Source: a virus
Length of the DNA: 64,000 nt
Virus record (IMG/VR): IMGVR_UViG_3300032397_000001
Reading direction: 5' to 3' (one strand)
The notes under the pieces are model-generated. The model was not told the origin of the DNA, did not search any database, and was given only the letters and a program-made list of their open reading frames with translations. Below, piece by piece: positions 63,683-64,000 of this stretch (positions are counted from its first letter, which is position 1; the number at the start of each line of letters is the position of its first letter). The position numbers and the translations under genes are program-made.

Positions 63683-63905
63683 AGAGGAAAAGTTTGGTGC
63701 AATGGCAAGCTTGTGGCCATTAAATGTAATAAGTGTAAGTGAGGCACGTAAGTTATTGAGTTTTGCCATGATTGATGAAGGCGCTTTAGAGTTTAAGATA
63801 AAATTCTTTGAAGCTATCGGTGACTCCGAGACGACTGAGAAGTATCGTGCAGAAGGGTTATGGTTACACTTTACACAACGCCTAATGGTATACACTTTGG
63901 TCTAA
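63675..63905 (+). CDS. Mosaic hypothetical ORF containing both repeat copies
   Basis: Contains MIDEGALEFKIKFFE and the 26-bp inverted copy. Confidence 0.4.
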   Translation: MTEEEKFGAMASLWPLNVISVSEARKLLSFAMIDEGALEFKIKFFEAIGDSETTEKYRAEGLWLHFTQRLMVYTLV

Positions 63906-64000
63906 TATAACTTATATCTCTAATCCTAAAAGTTTTGATTTTCGTCAACAGTATCAGGGAGATTGATCATTTTTAAAGAAGAAAGGGGGTGAAGATGAAA

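Noticed and set aside
12-63895. Minus-strand ORFs and short alternative-frame plus-strand ORFs in the track
   Set aside because: They overlap well-supported + strand genes and lack recognisable motifs; treated as shadow ORFs
1-64000. Genome-wide stop-codon reassignment (TGA or TAG)
   Set aside because: Many conserved genes end at TGA or TAG at their expected C-termini, often overlapping the next start, and the 4446-codon ORF has no internal stop; the standard code fits

Overview
The window is a 64-kb, AT-rich, almost entirely + strand, densely packed segment of a large dsDNA bacteriophage genome. It has bacterial Shine-Dalgarno sites, sigma70-type promoters and many ATGA/TAATG overlaps; no capsid, terminase, tRNA or CRISPR array is visible. 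Order: (1) 1-5 kb, small genes, dUTPase, metallopeptidase and a sigma factor; (2) 5-23.5 kb, a probable virion/receptor-binding module with an RCC1 protein, a 4446-aa giant, a discoidin-like protein and a GT4 glycosyltransferase; (3) 23.5-24.8 kb, an actin-like ATPase with a small upstream partner; (4) 25-62.9 kb, replication, recombination and nucleotide genes. These include two SF2 helicases, a degenerate second PolA, dCTP and dCMP deaminases, DnaB, DnaG, ligase, ThyA, a MoxR/vWA pair, UDG-PolA, an Hjc-like resolvase, GyrB with two inteins, Mre11/Rad50 and a dispersed 7-deazaguanine pathway (DpdA-like, QueC, QueD, FolE2). Most striking: the giant protein's ~70-aa repeat is not tandem but appears recursively inserted into copies of itself, in balanced-parenthesis order, and into beta-propellers, predicting a branched tree-like polypeptide. 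Other highlights: a six-copy T(G/A)CCCC-N23-TATAAT promoter motif, a 55-bp IS200/IS605-like mini-element supplying the thyA start, paralogous Ser-initiated twin inteins, and several decayed ORFs absent from the ORF track. All assignments come from motif recognition by eye; no searches were run.
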